The notes under the pieces are model-generated. The model ran no database searches, was not told the DNA's origin, and was given only the letters and a program-made list of their open reading frames with translations. From NCBI GenBank assembly GCA_963719085.1, contig CAVRAL010000001.1, positions 32,001 through 96,000 of the forward strand: a DNA stretch of 64,000 nt. Reading direction: 5' to 3'. This document shows, piece after piece, positions 37,650-47,965 of this stretch. Every line of letters begins with the position of its first letter. The first letter of the stretch is position 1. Position numbers and translations under genes: made by a program. Source of the stretch: a candidate division FCPU426 bacterium. GTDB taxonomy: Bacteria > Oederibacteriota > Muellerivitia > Muellerivitales > Muellerivitaceae.

Positions 37650-38339
37650 ATGATGATTCAACTCTTCCACCTGACGAAGATCCATTCCTCGGGCGTCAAG
37701 GTCCTGGATAACGCCTTTTTAACGGTCGCCGAAGGGGCTTTCGTGGTGGTGGCGGGTGAGAACCGGGCCGGAAAAAGCACTTTGCTTCGGATTTTAGCCG
37801 GAGAGGACAAACCCACCTCCGGGACTGTTCTCATCTATCAAAAATCGATCTACGACCTTGGACCGAGAGAAAAGCGGGAATGGCTTGCCCAAACCGGCTT
37901 TATTTTCCCCGACTTAAAACTTTTCCCCGATAAGACCGTGGAAGAAAACGTGCTTTTTCCTTTGCGGGTCCGGGGTTCCTTTGAGGAAGATCAAAAAATA
38001 CCCGTGGGAAAGCTGCTTCAAAGGGCGGGCCTTGAGGCCAAGGTCCATCAGAAGCCTTCCGATCTTTCGGCCGTGGAACAGCGCATGGGAGTGGCTTTGA
38101 GGGCCATGGTATTTAAACCACAACTTCTTTTGGCTGATGATCCTTTCTTGGGAATGGATGAAAAATCAACCCTGGCGCTTTGGCGTCTTTTTATCGAGTT
38201 GAATAAATCAGGGAGCACGGTTTTGATTTCTTTGCAACGGAGCGAGGATTTGGCCGTCGCCGTTGACACCTTAAAAGAAACCCCGCTTCAAATGGTTCAA
38301 CTCAAGGATGGCCAATTGTCTCCCGTGGAGGCTTCTTAA
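37650..38339 (+). CDS. ftsE: FtsE-like ABC nucleotide-binding protein with degenerate catalytic motifs
   Basis: GENRAGKST Walker A, TVEENV; immediately upstream of ftsX-envC. Confidence 0.8.
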   Translation: MMIQLFHLTKIHSSGVKVLDNAFLTVAEGAFVVVAGENRAGKSTLLRILAGEDKPTSGTVLIYQKSIYDLGPREKREWLAQTGFIFPDLKLFPDKTVEENVLFPLRVRGSFEEDQKIPVGKLLQRAGLEAKVHQKPSDLSAVEQRMGVALRAMVFKPQLLLADDPFLGMDEKSTLALWRLFIELNKSGSTVLISLQRSEDLAVAVDTLKETPLQMVQLKDGQLSPVEAS

Positions 38340-38340
38340 A

Positions 38341-39243
38341 ATGAACGCGATCGCCAGGTTCTTTTATGTGATTCAGGAGGGTATCCGGCAAATGATCCGG
38401 GCCAAGGGCCTGTCGGTGGCGGTGGTGATCACGGTGGCGGCAGCCCTTTTCCAGCTTTCCATTTTTTTAGGGATCGACCGGGTTTTGGATCGGGCGCTCT
38501 CTTCCGCCCAGGAAAATTTTGAGTTGGTGGTGTTTCTGTCGCCCTCGGCGAAAGGCGCGGACCGGGACCGGATCCAATCGCTCTTGAACGCCGATCCCCA
38601 AGTGGCTTCCGTCAAGGTGGTGACCCGGGACGAGGCCTTGGCCGAGTTCCGCAAGGACCCGGAAATTGACCAGATGATCCAGGCCCTGGGTGAAAATCCA
38701 TTGCCCGACTCCTTTGACGTGACCTTGAAAAAAGACGCCGCGGGCCACGTGAACGACCTCGTCACCCGTCTTCAAAAAGACCCCCAGGTGGATGAGGTCA
38801 ATTACGGCAAAGGCCAATGGGAAGCCTTGTCGAAGCTTTTGAATTTGGTGCGCTGGGTGGGAGCGGGCTTGGGAGGATTTATTTTTCTGGCGGCCCTTTT
38901 TATCATTTCCAACACCCTCACCCTTTCGCTTTGGGCCCGCCGGGAAGACTTGGCTCTCATGGCGCGGTTAGGCGCGCCTTCGTGGATGCGTTGGGGCCCC
39001 TATTTATGGGAAGGCCTGCTTCAAGGTTTTTTTGGCGCCGTTTTGGTTTGTGTCTTTCTTTGGGTTTTTCATTTCAGCGCGGGGTGGCTATTAAGCGCTT
39101 ATGGCGGCTTTTCCGGAATCCTGGACCTTCCACTCAATGATTGGATGAACCTCGACTTGACCCTTTGTTTTTTGGGCGCCGTCCTGGGCGCTTTAGGCGC
39201 CTCCTTGGCCCTGCGCAAAAAATGGGTTTGGGAATTTCAGTGA
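38341..39243 (+). CDS. ftsX: Cell division protein FtsX
   Basis: 1+3 TM layout, ENPLPDSF, ISNTLTLSLWARRE...LGA...PYLWEG. Confidence 0.92.
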   Translation: MNAIARFFYVIQEGIRQMIRAKGLSVAVVITVAAALFQLSIFLGIDRVLDRALSSAQENFELVVFLSPSAKGADRDRIQSLLNADPQVASVKVVTRDEALAEFRKDPEIDQMIQALGENPLPDSFDVTLKKDAAGHVNDLVTRLQKDPQVDEVNYGKGQWEALSKLLNLVRWVGAGLGGFIFLAALFIISNTLTLSLWARREDLALMARLGAPSWMRWGPYLWEGLLQGFFGAVLVCVFLWVFHFSAGWLLSAYGGFSGILDLPLNDWMNLDLTLCFLGAVLGALGASLALRKKWVWEFQ

Positions 39244-40490
39244 AGCTTTTGAGACCCGCGCTTTTCACGGGAGTGATTTTTCTTTTGTCCTGGCCCGGCA
39301 CCCCCTTGGGGGCGCAAACCCCGGCCCCGGTGTCCACGACGGCTTTAGCGCCGGCGGATGCCCGCAAAATCCAGAAAAAAATCCAAACGAATAAAAAAAG
39401 CCTCGGTGAGATTGAGAAAAAACTGGCGGAAGAAAAACGCCGGCAGGCGCTTGACGCGCTTCGGGAACAAAACGTGTTGAACCGCCTCCAGCAAGCCGAC
39501 CAGAGACTGAATCAGCTCAAACGGGAGAAACAAGCCAACCAAAAGGACCTGAACCAGACCCAGGCCCAGACCCGCTTGCTTCACGTGGAAGTGGAATTGA
39601 GCCGTTCCCAATTGGATCAAAGCCGTCAATTGATGCGCCAACGCCTGCGGGACCTTTACCGCATGTCCTTTCAAGAACCTTTTTTGGGAGGGTGGCTGGA
39701 CGCGGGAAATTTCGCTGACTTGGCGCGTAAATTGAAATTCGAGATGCTCTTAGCCCAAAGTAACGAGAAACTTCTATCCCAAACCCAGCGTCAAAACGAT
39801 GAGTTGACCCAATCCTCCAGCCAGTTGGACGAGCAGGAGCGACATAAAAAACGCGTGGTGGACGCGCTGGGGCACCAAGAAAAAAACTACACGCATCAGC
39901 AAAGAAACCGCGCGTTGTTTCTGGCCACGATCCGCCGGCAGCAATCCCTTCGGGAACAAACGATCGCCGAGCTCAACCAGGCCGCGGAAGACTTGAAGTC
40001 GAAAGTTTCCACCTTGCTTCAACAGTCCGAGGCGGCCAAACAACAGCCCTCTTATATCCCGGCGGGGAACGGATTGGCGGTCGTGCGGGGACGGATTCCT
40101 TGGCCGGTCTCCGGGACCATCGTGTCTTTTTTCGGTCCCCAGCACAGCCGGGAGTTCAACGCCACGGTGGTTAATACGGGCATTCAAATTCAGGCACCGA
40201 CCGGCACGCCTTTCAAGGCGGTGGCCGCAGGCACCGTGCGCTACGCCGATTGGTTTAAAGGTTATGGAAAACTAGTGATTTTGGATCACGGACAAGGGTA
40301 TTATTCTCTCTACGCCCAAGCCTCCGAATTGAGCGTTTCCACGGGGCAAACGGTGGCCGCGGGACAACCCTTAGGGTTGGTCGGGGATACGGGTTCGCTT
40401 TTGGACTCGAGCAGCCTTTATTTTGAGATCCGCAAGGATGGGCAACCGGAAGACCCGGTCCGCTGGCTTAAACACCAGTCCCAAAACTAA
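39240..40490 (+). CDS. envC: Murein hydrolase activator EnvC (coiled coil plus degenerate M23)
   Basis: Long coiled coil, IPWPVSG, GYGKLVILDHG, LYFEIR; zinc ligands absent (YAQ) as expected for EnvC. Confidence 0.9.
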   Translation: MKLLRPALFTGVIFLLSWPGTPLGAQTPAPVSTTALAPADARKIQKKIQTNKKSLGEIEKKLAEEKRRQALDALREQNVLNRLQQADQRLNQLKREKQANQKDLNQTQAQTRLLHVEVELSRSQLDQSRQLMRQRLRDLYRMSFQEPFLGGWLDAGNFADLARKLKFEMLLAQSNEKLLSQTQRQNDELTQSSSQLDEQERHKKRVVDALGHQEKNYTHQQRNRALFLATIRRQQSLREQTIAELNQAAEDLKSKVSTLLQQSEAAKQQPSYIPAGNGLAVVRGRIPWPVSGTIVSFFGPQHSREFNATVVNTGIQIQAPTGTPFKAVAAGTVRYADWFKGYGKLVILDHGQGYYSLYAQASELSVSTGQTVAAGQPLGLVGDTGSLLDSSSLYFEIRKDGQPEDPVRWLKHQSQN

Positions 40491-40555
40491 GATAAAAATC
40501 ATAAACCAGGGTCTTGGCCGTTGATGGTTTCCAAAAAACAAGTCGTGGAGGATCT

Positions 40556-42094
40556 ATGAATCGCCGTTTCTCAATGCTGACTTTCGCCATTTTACTCGTG
40601 TGTCTTTCGGCCATTAGTTTCGCCGCCGGCGCCGCCACCCAGTCCCCGCAAGGGGGGCCGGCTCAATCCGAGGAAGTCTACAAGTATCTCAAGCCCTTCA
40701 CTGATGTCCTGGCCATCATTCAGGAAAAATACGTGGATGAGGATAAAACCCACACGAAGGATCTCATTTATGGCGCCATCCAAGGCATGGTGGGCACGCT
40801 CGATCCCTTCAGCCAATTCATGACCCCGGATGATTACAAAGATATGGAAACCGAAACCTCCGGCAAGTTCGGGGGGTTGGGTATCGAGATTTCGATTAAG
40901 GACGACCGTTTGACCGTGGTCACGCCCATTGAGGGAACCCCGGCGGAGAAAGCCGGTATCCACTCAGGCGACAAGATCGTGAAAATTGACGATAAGCCCA
41001 CCGATGGAATGGGCATTAATGACGCGGTCAAGCTTTTGCGGGGAAAGGTCGGGACTTCGGTGAAGGTCACTTTGCTCCGGGAAGGCCTGAACGATCCTTT
41101 TGACGTGACCCTGACCCGGGATTTTATCAAGATTCAGAGCGTCCGTTCTTACCTGCTGCCGGGCAATATCGGTTACGTGCGGGTCTCGGAATTTATCGAC
41201 AATACCACGGACGATTTCGTGAGCGCGGTGGACGACTTGAAAAAACAGGCGCCTTTGAAGGGCTTGATCGTGGATCTGCGCAACGATCCAGGCGGTTTAT
41301 TGCAAGAGGCGGTGGGCGTCTCGGACTATTTCACGCCCAAAGACAAATTGATTGTTTCCACGAAGGGACGCAACGCGGACCAGGATGAGACCTTTACGGC
41401 CAAGGACGACGAGAAGTTTGACCCTAAAAAACCCGTTGTGCTTATGGTCAACGGGGGAAGCGCGTCGGGCTCCGAGATCGTCTCGGGCTGCCTAAAAGAT
41501 TGGAAGCGGGCGGTGTTAATCGGTGAAAAGACCTTTGGAAAAGGGTCGGTTCAAACCATTTTGCCGCTGGATGACAGCGATGGCGCGGCGCTTCGGCTGA
41601 CGATGGCCAAATATTACACGCCCTCGGGCGTTTGTATCCATGGGATCGGGATTGAGCCGGACCTTGATTTGCGCGACGAGGACTTAAGTGAGTCCACCTT
41701 GAAGGTTTACAGCAAACAAGACGTGGAAAAATACGCCCAGACGCTTAAAAAAGAAGGCGTTACGGCGTCCGCGGACGCGCCCCTTTCGGACAAAGTCGTG
41801 GAAGGTTTCTTCGACTATTGCTTGAAGACGGAAAAGAAACTGGATCGGGACGAGCTGGAAAAAGACAAGAGCTACCTCAAGGACAGCCTGACGGTGGAAC
41901 TGATCAGCGACTTGAGCGGCGAGCCGGCGGCGCGCCAAGCGGCGGTGTTGATTGATCCCCAGGTGGCGATCGCCGAGGAGTTGATCAACGACAACAACAA
42001 GATTCCGGCGGCCCTTTTGGCCAAATATCCGCCCAAGAAGCTGGATACCTCGAAGGAAGCCAAGCTGAATAAAGCCGATGATACGCAAGAGTAG
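40556..42094 (+). CDS. ctpA: C-terminal processing protease (S41, PDZ)
   Basis: LDPFS, GGLGIEI, DLRNDPGG, SASGSEI, TFGKGSVQ. Confidence 0.93.
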   Translation: MNRRFSMLTFAILLVCLSAISFAAGAATQSPQGGPAQSEEVYKYLKPFTDVLAIIQEKYVDEDKTHTKDLIYGAIQGMVGTLDPFSQFMTPDDYKDMETETSGKFGGLGIEISIKDDRLTVVTPIEGTPAEKAGIHSGDKIVKIDDKPTDGMGINDAVKLLRGKVGTSVKVTLLREGLNDPFDVTLTRDFIKIQSVRSYLLPGNIGYVRVSEFIDNTTDDFVSAVDDLKKQAPLKGLIVDLRNDPGGLLQEAVGVSDYFTPKDKLIVSTKGRNADQDETFTAKDDEKFDPKKPVVLMVNGGSASGSEIVSGCLKDWKRAVLIGEKTFGKGSVQTILPLDDSDGAALRLTMAKYYTPSGVCIHGIGIEPDLDLRDEDLSESTLKVYSKQDVEKYAQTLKKEGVTASADAPLSDKVVEGFFDYCLKTEKKLDRDELEKDKSYLKDSLTVELISDLSGEPAARQAAVLIDPQVAIAEELINDNNKIPAALLAKYPPKKLDTSKEAKLNKADDTQE

Positions 42095-42097
42095 TTT

Positions 42098-43246
42098 TTG
42101 AGAAGCCACCGGCTTAACTCCAAGGGACAAGCCGGGTTTCTGATCCTGGCGGTTTTTCTTTTGTTGGTGGCCGCCGGAGGTCTGTGGTTTTTTTGGGCCT
42201 CGAAAAATGGGGAACCGGTTTCGGTTCCCGCCCTGTTCACCTCGCCCGGCGCCTTTAAAGGCGACGCTTCCCAGGCCACAACCCAATTGGTGAGCGCGCT
42301 GAACCATCAGTTGGAATCACTGGACGTATTGAAACTATTGTCGGAGCCGGTGGATGTGGAGCCGGTGACGGCCCAGGGAAAAATTTTTCCGGGTTATCAT
42401 GAAACCTTCCGCCTGCCCGCCCGCTTTTCTCCTGATGGTTTAGCCTCCCTTTTGGCCCAGACCGCCGCGCCTCTGGGCGCCAAGATCTTAAGCCAGTCCA
42501 CCGAAGGGACGACAACCGACTATTGCTTTGGCTATGAACCCGGTTGGGTTCCGGTGAAAATCTCTTTGGCCGAAGTTAAAAGCCCCAAGGTCTGCCTCAT
42601 TATCGATGACGGGGGATACCAGAAGGGCGCGGCTTTAGAGGCGCTTTATCAGTTTAAAGTTCCCGTGACGGTTTCCGTTATCCCGGATGTGCTTTATTCC
42701 AGGGTCTTGGCCCTTCAGATGCCGGAACATGGCATCGAGGTGATGTGCCACATGCCCATGCAGGGTCATGAGGAGGCCCAAAAAGACGACTACAAGGAAT
42801 TTTTAAAACTCGGCATGCGGGTGGAGGATGTGGAACAAATCGTGGGCCGGGCCTTGGACGCCTTGCCCGGATGCGTGGGGCTCAACAATCACATGGGCAG
42901 CCAAGCGACCGCCGACGAGGACTTGATGCTGAAGGTTTGCCAAGTGCTCAAAGCGCGGGGACTTTACCTGATCGATTCGCGCACCACGCCCCAATCCGTG
43001 GAAGCCGATGAGGCGGTGAAGGTTCATTTGCTGCACGCGAAACGGGACGTGTTTTTGGACAATGTGGAGACACCCGAGGCGATCCTGATTGAACTCAACC
43101 GGCTGGTGCGCTTGGCCCAAAAACGGGGCACGGCTGTTGGGATCGGGCACTTTAAAGTCGTGACACTCCAAACTTTGCGGGACGCCATTCCGGGGCTTCG
43201 CGCCGAAGGCATCCAGTTTGTTTACGCTTCCGAGGTTGTTCAATAG
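42098..43246 (+). CDS. Divergent polysaccharide deacetylase (YibQ-like)
   Basis: LIIDDGG, HMPM, GLNNHMGS, DSRT, RDVFLD, IGH. Confidence 0.9.
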   Translation: MRSHRLNSKGQAGFLILAVFLLLVAAGGLWFFWASKNGEPVSVPALFTSPGAFKGDASQATTQLVSALNHQLESLDVLKLLSEPVDVEPVTAQGKIFPGYHETFRLPARFSPDGLASLLAQTAAPLGAKILSQSTEGTTTDYCFGYEPGWVPVKISLAEVKSPKVCLIIDDGGYQKGAALEALYQFKVPVTVSVIPDVLYSRVLALQMPEHGIEVMCHMPMQGHEEAQKDDYKEFLKLGMRVEDVEQIVGRALDALPGCVGLNNHMGSQATADEDLMLKVCQVLKARGLYLIDSRTTPQSVEADEAVKVHLLHAKRDVFLDNVETPEAILIELNRLVRLAQKRGTAVGIGHFKVVTLQTLRDAIPGLRAEGIQFVYASEVVQ

Positions 43247-43400
43247 GACGGATTAGGTAAATCGATAAATCATGATAAAAAGCTTCCGGCCTTTTAATCT
43301 TTTGCGTTTTTAAGGCCCGAACCCGCCCGCTTTTTTTGAAGAAGGGTACAATAAACGGGTCTTATTGGAACCGATGCTTTCCCCATTTTTGGAGGCGTTC

Positions 43401-46400
43401 ATGAAGCCGGCTTTTCACCGCTTGAAGGTCCTGGCTTTGTTGGTTTTATTTTGGAATCATCCGCTTTTCGCCCAAAACGCCGTCACTCTCACGAATAGTT
43501 CGGGCGATGAGTCCACGGGGTCTTTTGAGGCCGGCGTCACCTATTTGAACGCCAACGGCGGCGGGAACCTTGTCACCCAACTTTCCAATTCTAATCCGAT
43601 TACTTTATCGAATCCCCTGCCGGTTGTTTCCCAAAATGTGACTTTACTTGGCGCCGCGGGATTTTCCTTGCCCGCGGTAAATATCATCGCCCAAACCGGA
43701 AATCCTGTTTCGCTTGTCTTTCAAAATAACTTCAGTTTAGGGGCGAATACCGGACTTTTGCTTCATGGTGCTGGGTCCGACTTGGACGCGGCCGTTTCGG
43801 CCGGATCCTTCAATATGAGTTCGGGTTCGGGAATCGGTTTTTTCGGGGGAGGGGGAAACAGTATCACAATAGCCGGCGGTAGTTCACAAACGGGCGGCAC
43901 GGGGGGGGACGGTTTGATGACCGTGGCCAACTTGATCAATATGGATTCCGCTGGTGGGCAACTTTTTGGCGGCGCGGGCGGTTCCATGTCGAGCGGTGGT
44001 GGTGGCGTCAATGACACGGGTGGACTGGGCGGGAACGCCTTGGCACAGTCGTCCACTTGGACACTTTCGGACTCTAATTATTCCATTTTAGGCGGCAACG
44101 GCGGAAGCGCCGATGGTACGAGCAATATCCTGGGAGGGCAGGGCGGCGGCGTGAATGTTTCCGTTAATAATTGGGCGGTCACCAATAGTTCGGGCTTTAC
44201 CATGTCGGGCGGAAATGGCGGGGCCGCCGTGACGGGAACTTTTGGCGGGACGGCCTTGACGGGCGGTGCGGGCGGGGGGGCCACGGTGGCGGCAGGGGCC
44301 TTGACGGTCTCGACTTCCCAATGGTTCTTAAATGGGGGAAATGGCGGCATGGGCACCGATACAGGCGGTTTGGGCGGCGCGGTAAGTGTTCATTGGAATT
44401 CCTTGAATGAAACCCAGGGCGCGGATGTGAATGTGGTGGCCGGGAATGGCGGCGATGGTTCCCAGTTAGGCGGTCAAGGGGGCGGCGCGGCGGTGGCTGG
44501 TGTGTCGATCGTTGAATCGGGCTCCTCCTCCAACTTGAATGTGTCCGGCGGCACGGGCGGCGGATTGTCGTCATTGGGCGGCGGAGCCAACACGGCGGGG
44601 AACGGCGGCAGCGCGGGCATGACCATGGCCTTTATCCAATTGACCGCCGGCACCGGTATGGATTTTTTCGGGGGCAGCGGGGGCAACGGCTTTTCTCTTT
44701 CACAAGGAACGGGGGGCAATGGGGGCAACGCCTCGGTTTCCATTGGAGCGATCGATATTGAAAGCCAATCCGCCTTGAATTTATCCGGAGGCGCGGGCGG
44801 TAACGGCGGGACCAGCGGCAACGGGGGAACCGCCCTCGTACTAGCCAACTCGGTCACTTTGGACACGGGCGGTAATTTGACCCTGGAAGGCGGGAATGCC
44901 GGGGCGTCCTCGGTCTCCGTTGGGGCGGCCGGCGGCGTGGGAGTTGGGTTCCAAACCGCCTTTATCGGGACGAATGCCTCCTTGAATTTGTTGAGCGGGA
45001 CGACGGGCAGCGTGGTGGCCTCGATCGATGATTTAACGGGCGCAGGGTCGATTGAGGAAACGGGGTCCAATAGCGTTCTGGAGTTGGGCACGGGTTCTTT
45101 TAGCGGAACGATTTCAGGGACGGGAAGCCTGATTCAAAATGGCGCTTCCGGAGCCCTCACCCTGTCCGGCAACAACGGTTATACCGGGGGCACGGTTGTG
45201 GAAGGCACCTTGGTTGTCGACACCGGGGGAAGCTTAGGATCGGGCGGGGTCTCGGTTGAGAACTCCAAGACGCTGGAATACGTCCATTCGGCCTCGGCTG
45301 GAAACGCTTCGGTGACCAGCAGCGGGACCGTGGATTTTGAAAACACTTCGACCGCGGGAGCGGCGACCTTTACCTTGGTCCCGGGCGGTTACGCCAACTT
45401 TTCCAATGCCGCCCAAGGCGGGACGGCCAGTTTCAACCTGGCAGGCGGTTCGGCCTTCGATGTTTCCACCAGCACGGCGGGGGTGGTGACCGTTGGATCC
45501 ATCGCTAGTTCGGGTGGATCGGTTTCATTGGGGGGGGCGGCGGGTACGGGATTGGCGGTCGGGATCAACGATCTTTCAACGACGATTTCCGGGGTTATTT
45601 CCGATGTTGGCTTAGGCGGCGCGCTGATTAAGCAAGGCACTGGAATTTTGGCTTTAAACCAATTGAACACTTACCAAGGCGGAACCCTCTTACAACAAGG
45701 ACGGTTGGAAGTGGCTGACGCGACCTCGCTGGGCTCGGGATCGGTTTCGGTGATGGGGGGTACACTTTCATCGATGGGAAGCGCGGTTTCTTTAAACGTA
45801 GGCGGGAATTACGTTCAAGGCCCCGGCGGGACGATTCAGCTCGGACTCTATGGCACCAATGCCACGGGGGTCGATTGGTTGAATGTCAATGGAAGCGCCA
45901 AGTTAGGCGGCACGCTGGATTTGGCCGCCGGGAGCGGTTTTACGCCGATGTCCATTGGGAACGCGGTGGTATTGATCGACACGGATAACGGCCTTACCGG
46001 CAACTTTCAAACGATCGAGGAATCCTTTCCCGGTATGCGGCTTTTGCCGATCTATCAGCCGGGCCTTTTCGAAGTCGAGTCCATTGATCTTTCCTTCGCG
46101 GCCGCCGGACAAACCCTGAATGAAAAGGCGATCGGCGCGGATCTGGACGTGGTTTATCTTTCGCCGGGAGTTCAAAACTTAATGGTGGCCTTGGGCACCC
46201 AATCCGACGCCGTGCTTAAAAACGCTTATGACCAGCTTTCCCCGGAAGGGTACAGCGTATTGTACCAATCCGCTTTTGAGGGGGTCCAACTCCAAGCTTC
46301 CGAGGTCGATGACCGCTTGGCTGAATTAAGAGACGCCTCTCAAACGCCCGCGCTTCCTACGCCGCGCCGCCGAGGCGCGTCGAGCGGCGGCGAAACGGCG

Positions 46401-47285
46401 CTTTTCGCGGGCAATTTATCGGTGGCTGATGAAATGGCCATGCTGGTCCGTCCGCAATCCGATGGTCCCAGTTCCTGGGGCGGATTTTTTTCAGGGAATG
46501 GCGGGGTCTTTACCGTTGGCGATACGAGCAACGCGGAGGGATTCAAAGATACTTCTTACGGTCTTTCGGCGGCGGGCGCCGATTACCGGATTTCCAACCA
46601 GTTGGCCTTGGGCGTTTTGGCCGGTTACGCCGAGTCCGATGTGAGTTTGAACGGGGGTGGATCCGTCACTGAAACCGGAGGTCAGTTGGGCGTTTATGGA
46701 ACCTGGTATCCCAACCAGTTCTATTTTAACGCCTTGTTGGAGGGCGGGATTAACCACTACAGCTCCCAGCGGCAAAGTTATCAAGGCGACGCCGGGGGAA
46801 AGACCCAAGGCTTTTTATTCAGCTCCCGTTTAGGCGTGGGCTACGATTGGAAGGGAAGCGGCTGGGTCGTTGGTCCCTTGGCCGCCATCCAATGGACCCA
46901 ATTATCCATCGACGGTTTTACCGAACAAGGCCCCTTGGCCTCCCTAGCGATCGCGTCCCAGACACAAAGCTCTTGGATGAGCCAGATGGGGGCCCATGCC
47001 CAATGGTGTTTGAACTTGGGCGGGATTCAAATTCAGCCGGGCGCTAAAATTTCCTGGGAGCATGAGTTCACTTATCAAGGCGGGATCGTTCAAGCGGGAT
47101 TTGGCCAGGGCGACAGCTTTACGGTGGAGGGACCGGCGGTGGGTCAGGACGGCTTTTTAGCCCGAGGGAGTTTGGACACGTCCTTTTCGAAACAATTGAC
47201 GGTTTCCCTGGGGTATCAAGGGGAGTTAGGCCGCGCCAATCTTACTTCCGCCCAGTTCGATGCTGGAATGAGATTCGGTTTTTAA
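43401..47285 (+). CDS. Autotransporter with Gly-rich passenger and PATR repeats
   Basis: Signal peptide after GGAGG SD; GGxGG repeats; LTLSGNNGYTGGT and GTGILALNQLNTYQGGT PATR repeats; C-terminal beta-barrel ending in F. Confidence 0.9.
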   Translation: MKPAFHRLKVLALLVLFWNHPLFAQNAVTLTNSSGDESTGSFEAGVTYLNANGGGNLVTQLSNSNPITLSNPLPVVSQNVTLLGAAGFSLPAVNIIAQTGNPVSLVFQNNFSLGANTGLLLHGAGSDLDAAVSAGSFNMSSGSGIGFFGGGGNSITIAGGSSQTGGTGGDGLMTVANLINMDSAGGQLFGGAGGSMSSGGGGVNDTGGLGGNALAQSSTWTLSDSNYSILGGNGGSADGTSNILGGQGGGVNVSVNNWAVTNSSGFTMSGGNGGAAVTGTFGGTALTGGAGGGATVAAGALTVSTSQWFLNGGNGGMGTDTGGLGGAVSVHWNSLNETQGADVNVVAGNGGDGSQLGGQGGGAAVAGVSIVESGSSSNLNVSGGTGGGLSSLGGGANTAGNGGSAGMTMAFIQLTAGTGMDFFGGSGGNGFSLSQGTGGNGGNASVSIGAIDIESQSALNLSGGAGGNGGTSGNGGTALVLANSVTLDTGGNLTLEGGNAGASSVSVGAAGGVGVGFQTAFIGTNASLNLLSGTTGSVVASIDDLTGAGSIEETGSNSVLELGTGSFSGTISGTGSLIQNGASGALTLSGNNGYTGGTVVEGTLVVDTGGSLGSGGVSVENSKTLEYVHSASAGNASVTSSGTVDFENTSTAGAATFTLVPGGYANFSNAAQGGTASFNLAGGSAFDVSTSTAGVVTVGSIASSGGSVSLGGAAGTGLAVGINDLSTTISGVISDVGLGGALIKQGTGILALNQLNTYQGGTLLQQGRLEVADATSLGSGSVSVMGGTLSSMGSAVSLNVGGNYVQGPGGTIQLGLYGTNATGVDWLNVNGSAKLGGTLDLAAGSGFTPMSIGNAVVLIDTDNGLTGNFQTIEESFPGMRLLPIYQPGLFEVESIDLSFAAAGQTLNEKAIGADLDVVYLSPGVQNLMVALGTQSDAVLKNAYDQLSPEGYSVLYQSAFEGVQLQASEVDDRLAELRDASQTPALPTPRRRGASSGGETALFAGNLSVADEMAMLVRPQSDGPSSWGGFFSGNGGVFTVGDTSNAEGFKDTSYGLSAAGADYRISNQLALGVLAGYAESDVSLNGGGSVTETGGQLGVYGTWYPNQFYFNALLEGGINHYSSQRQSYQGDAGGKTQGFLFSSRLGVGYDWKGSGWVVGPLAAIQWTQLSIDGFTEQGPLASLAIASQTQSSWMSQMGAHAQWCLNLGGIQIQPGAKISWEHEFTYQGGIVQAGFGQGDSFTVEGPAVGQDGFLARGSLDTSFSKQLTVSLGYQGELGRANLTSAQFDAGMRFGF

Positions 47286-47340
47286 AATTCGCGGTTGGAA
47301 GCAATCTGGCCTGCCCGGATTCGGTTCATTGGCCCGGGGC

Positions 47341-47378
47341 AAAAAAAAACACCGCCGGGGCTGTGCCCAGCGGTGTTG
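47341..47378 (-). terminator. Intrinsic terminator between convergent genes
   Basis: AACACCGCCGGG...CCCAGCGGTGTT stem preceded by A9 (U-tract on the minus strand). Confidence 0.7.
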
Positions 47379-47391
47379 AAGCTTAAAGCTT

Positions 47392-47697
47392 TTACTTTTG
47401 AGCGCAGATTCTCAATTGGTCCAGGGCTCCGTTGATGGCGTTGATGGCGTCCATCTTGTGGCCATTGAAATCATCCGCGGCGCCGTAAAGCGTGTGTTTG
47501 GCGGCCTGTAACTGTTGAGCGGCTTTCCAGATCATGGGGTGGTAATGACGCCGGCCGGCCTTGAAGTCGAAATGGGCCTGATCATCGGCGTTAATATTAA
47601 AGCTCACCGCAACGCTGTCCGCCTTAACGGCCATCGGCATCGCCATGAGAACCAGGATCCCGGCGCAAGCCGCGAATTTCATCCAATTCTTTTTCAT
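47392..47697 (-). CDS. Small secreted His-containing helical protein
   Basis: AAGGAG SD; signal peptide ending AVKA; HPMI..A...L..A...L..AADDFNGHK.DAI.AI..A..QL..C. Confidence 0.7.
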   Translation of the reverse strand: MKKNWMKFAACAGILVLMAMPMAVKADSVAVSFNINADDQAHFDFKAGRRHYHPMIWKAAQQLQAAKHTLYGAADDFNGHKMDAINAINGALDQLRICAQK

Positions 47698-47965
47698 AGT
47701 CTTCTCCTTGAATTTAATCGAGATAAAAACCCTATTGTTTAGACGATCCAAAAGCGTGATGGTTGCGGACAAAAAAGGTTTTTTTGTTGTGTTTGGGGGA
47801 TTCCTGACGGGAAGGATGGGTTTGGGGACTTTTCGTAAAGACTTGGTGGAAACCAATTGATTTCGGCCTTTCGGCTTTTCCCAGGCGCTAATCCCCGCTA
47901 GGAAAAAGTCCGCCGCTCCGGTAAAATCCACGCTCTCGCACTCCGTCACATCCATCCACTTTTCC

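Noticed and set aside
39240..40490. M23 domain lacking zinc ligands as a novel pseudo-enzyme
   Set aside because: This is the known state of EnvC
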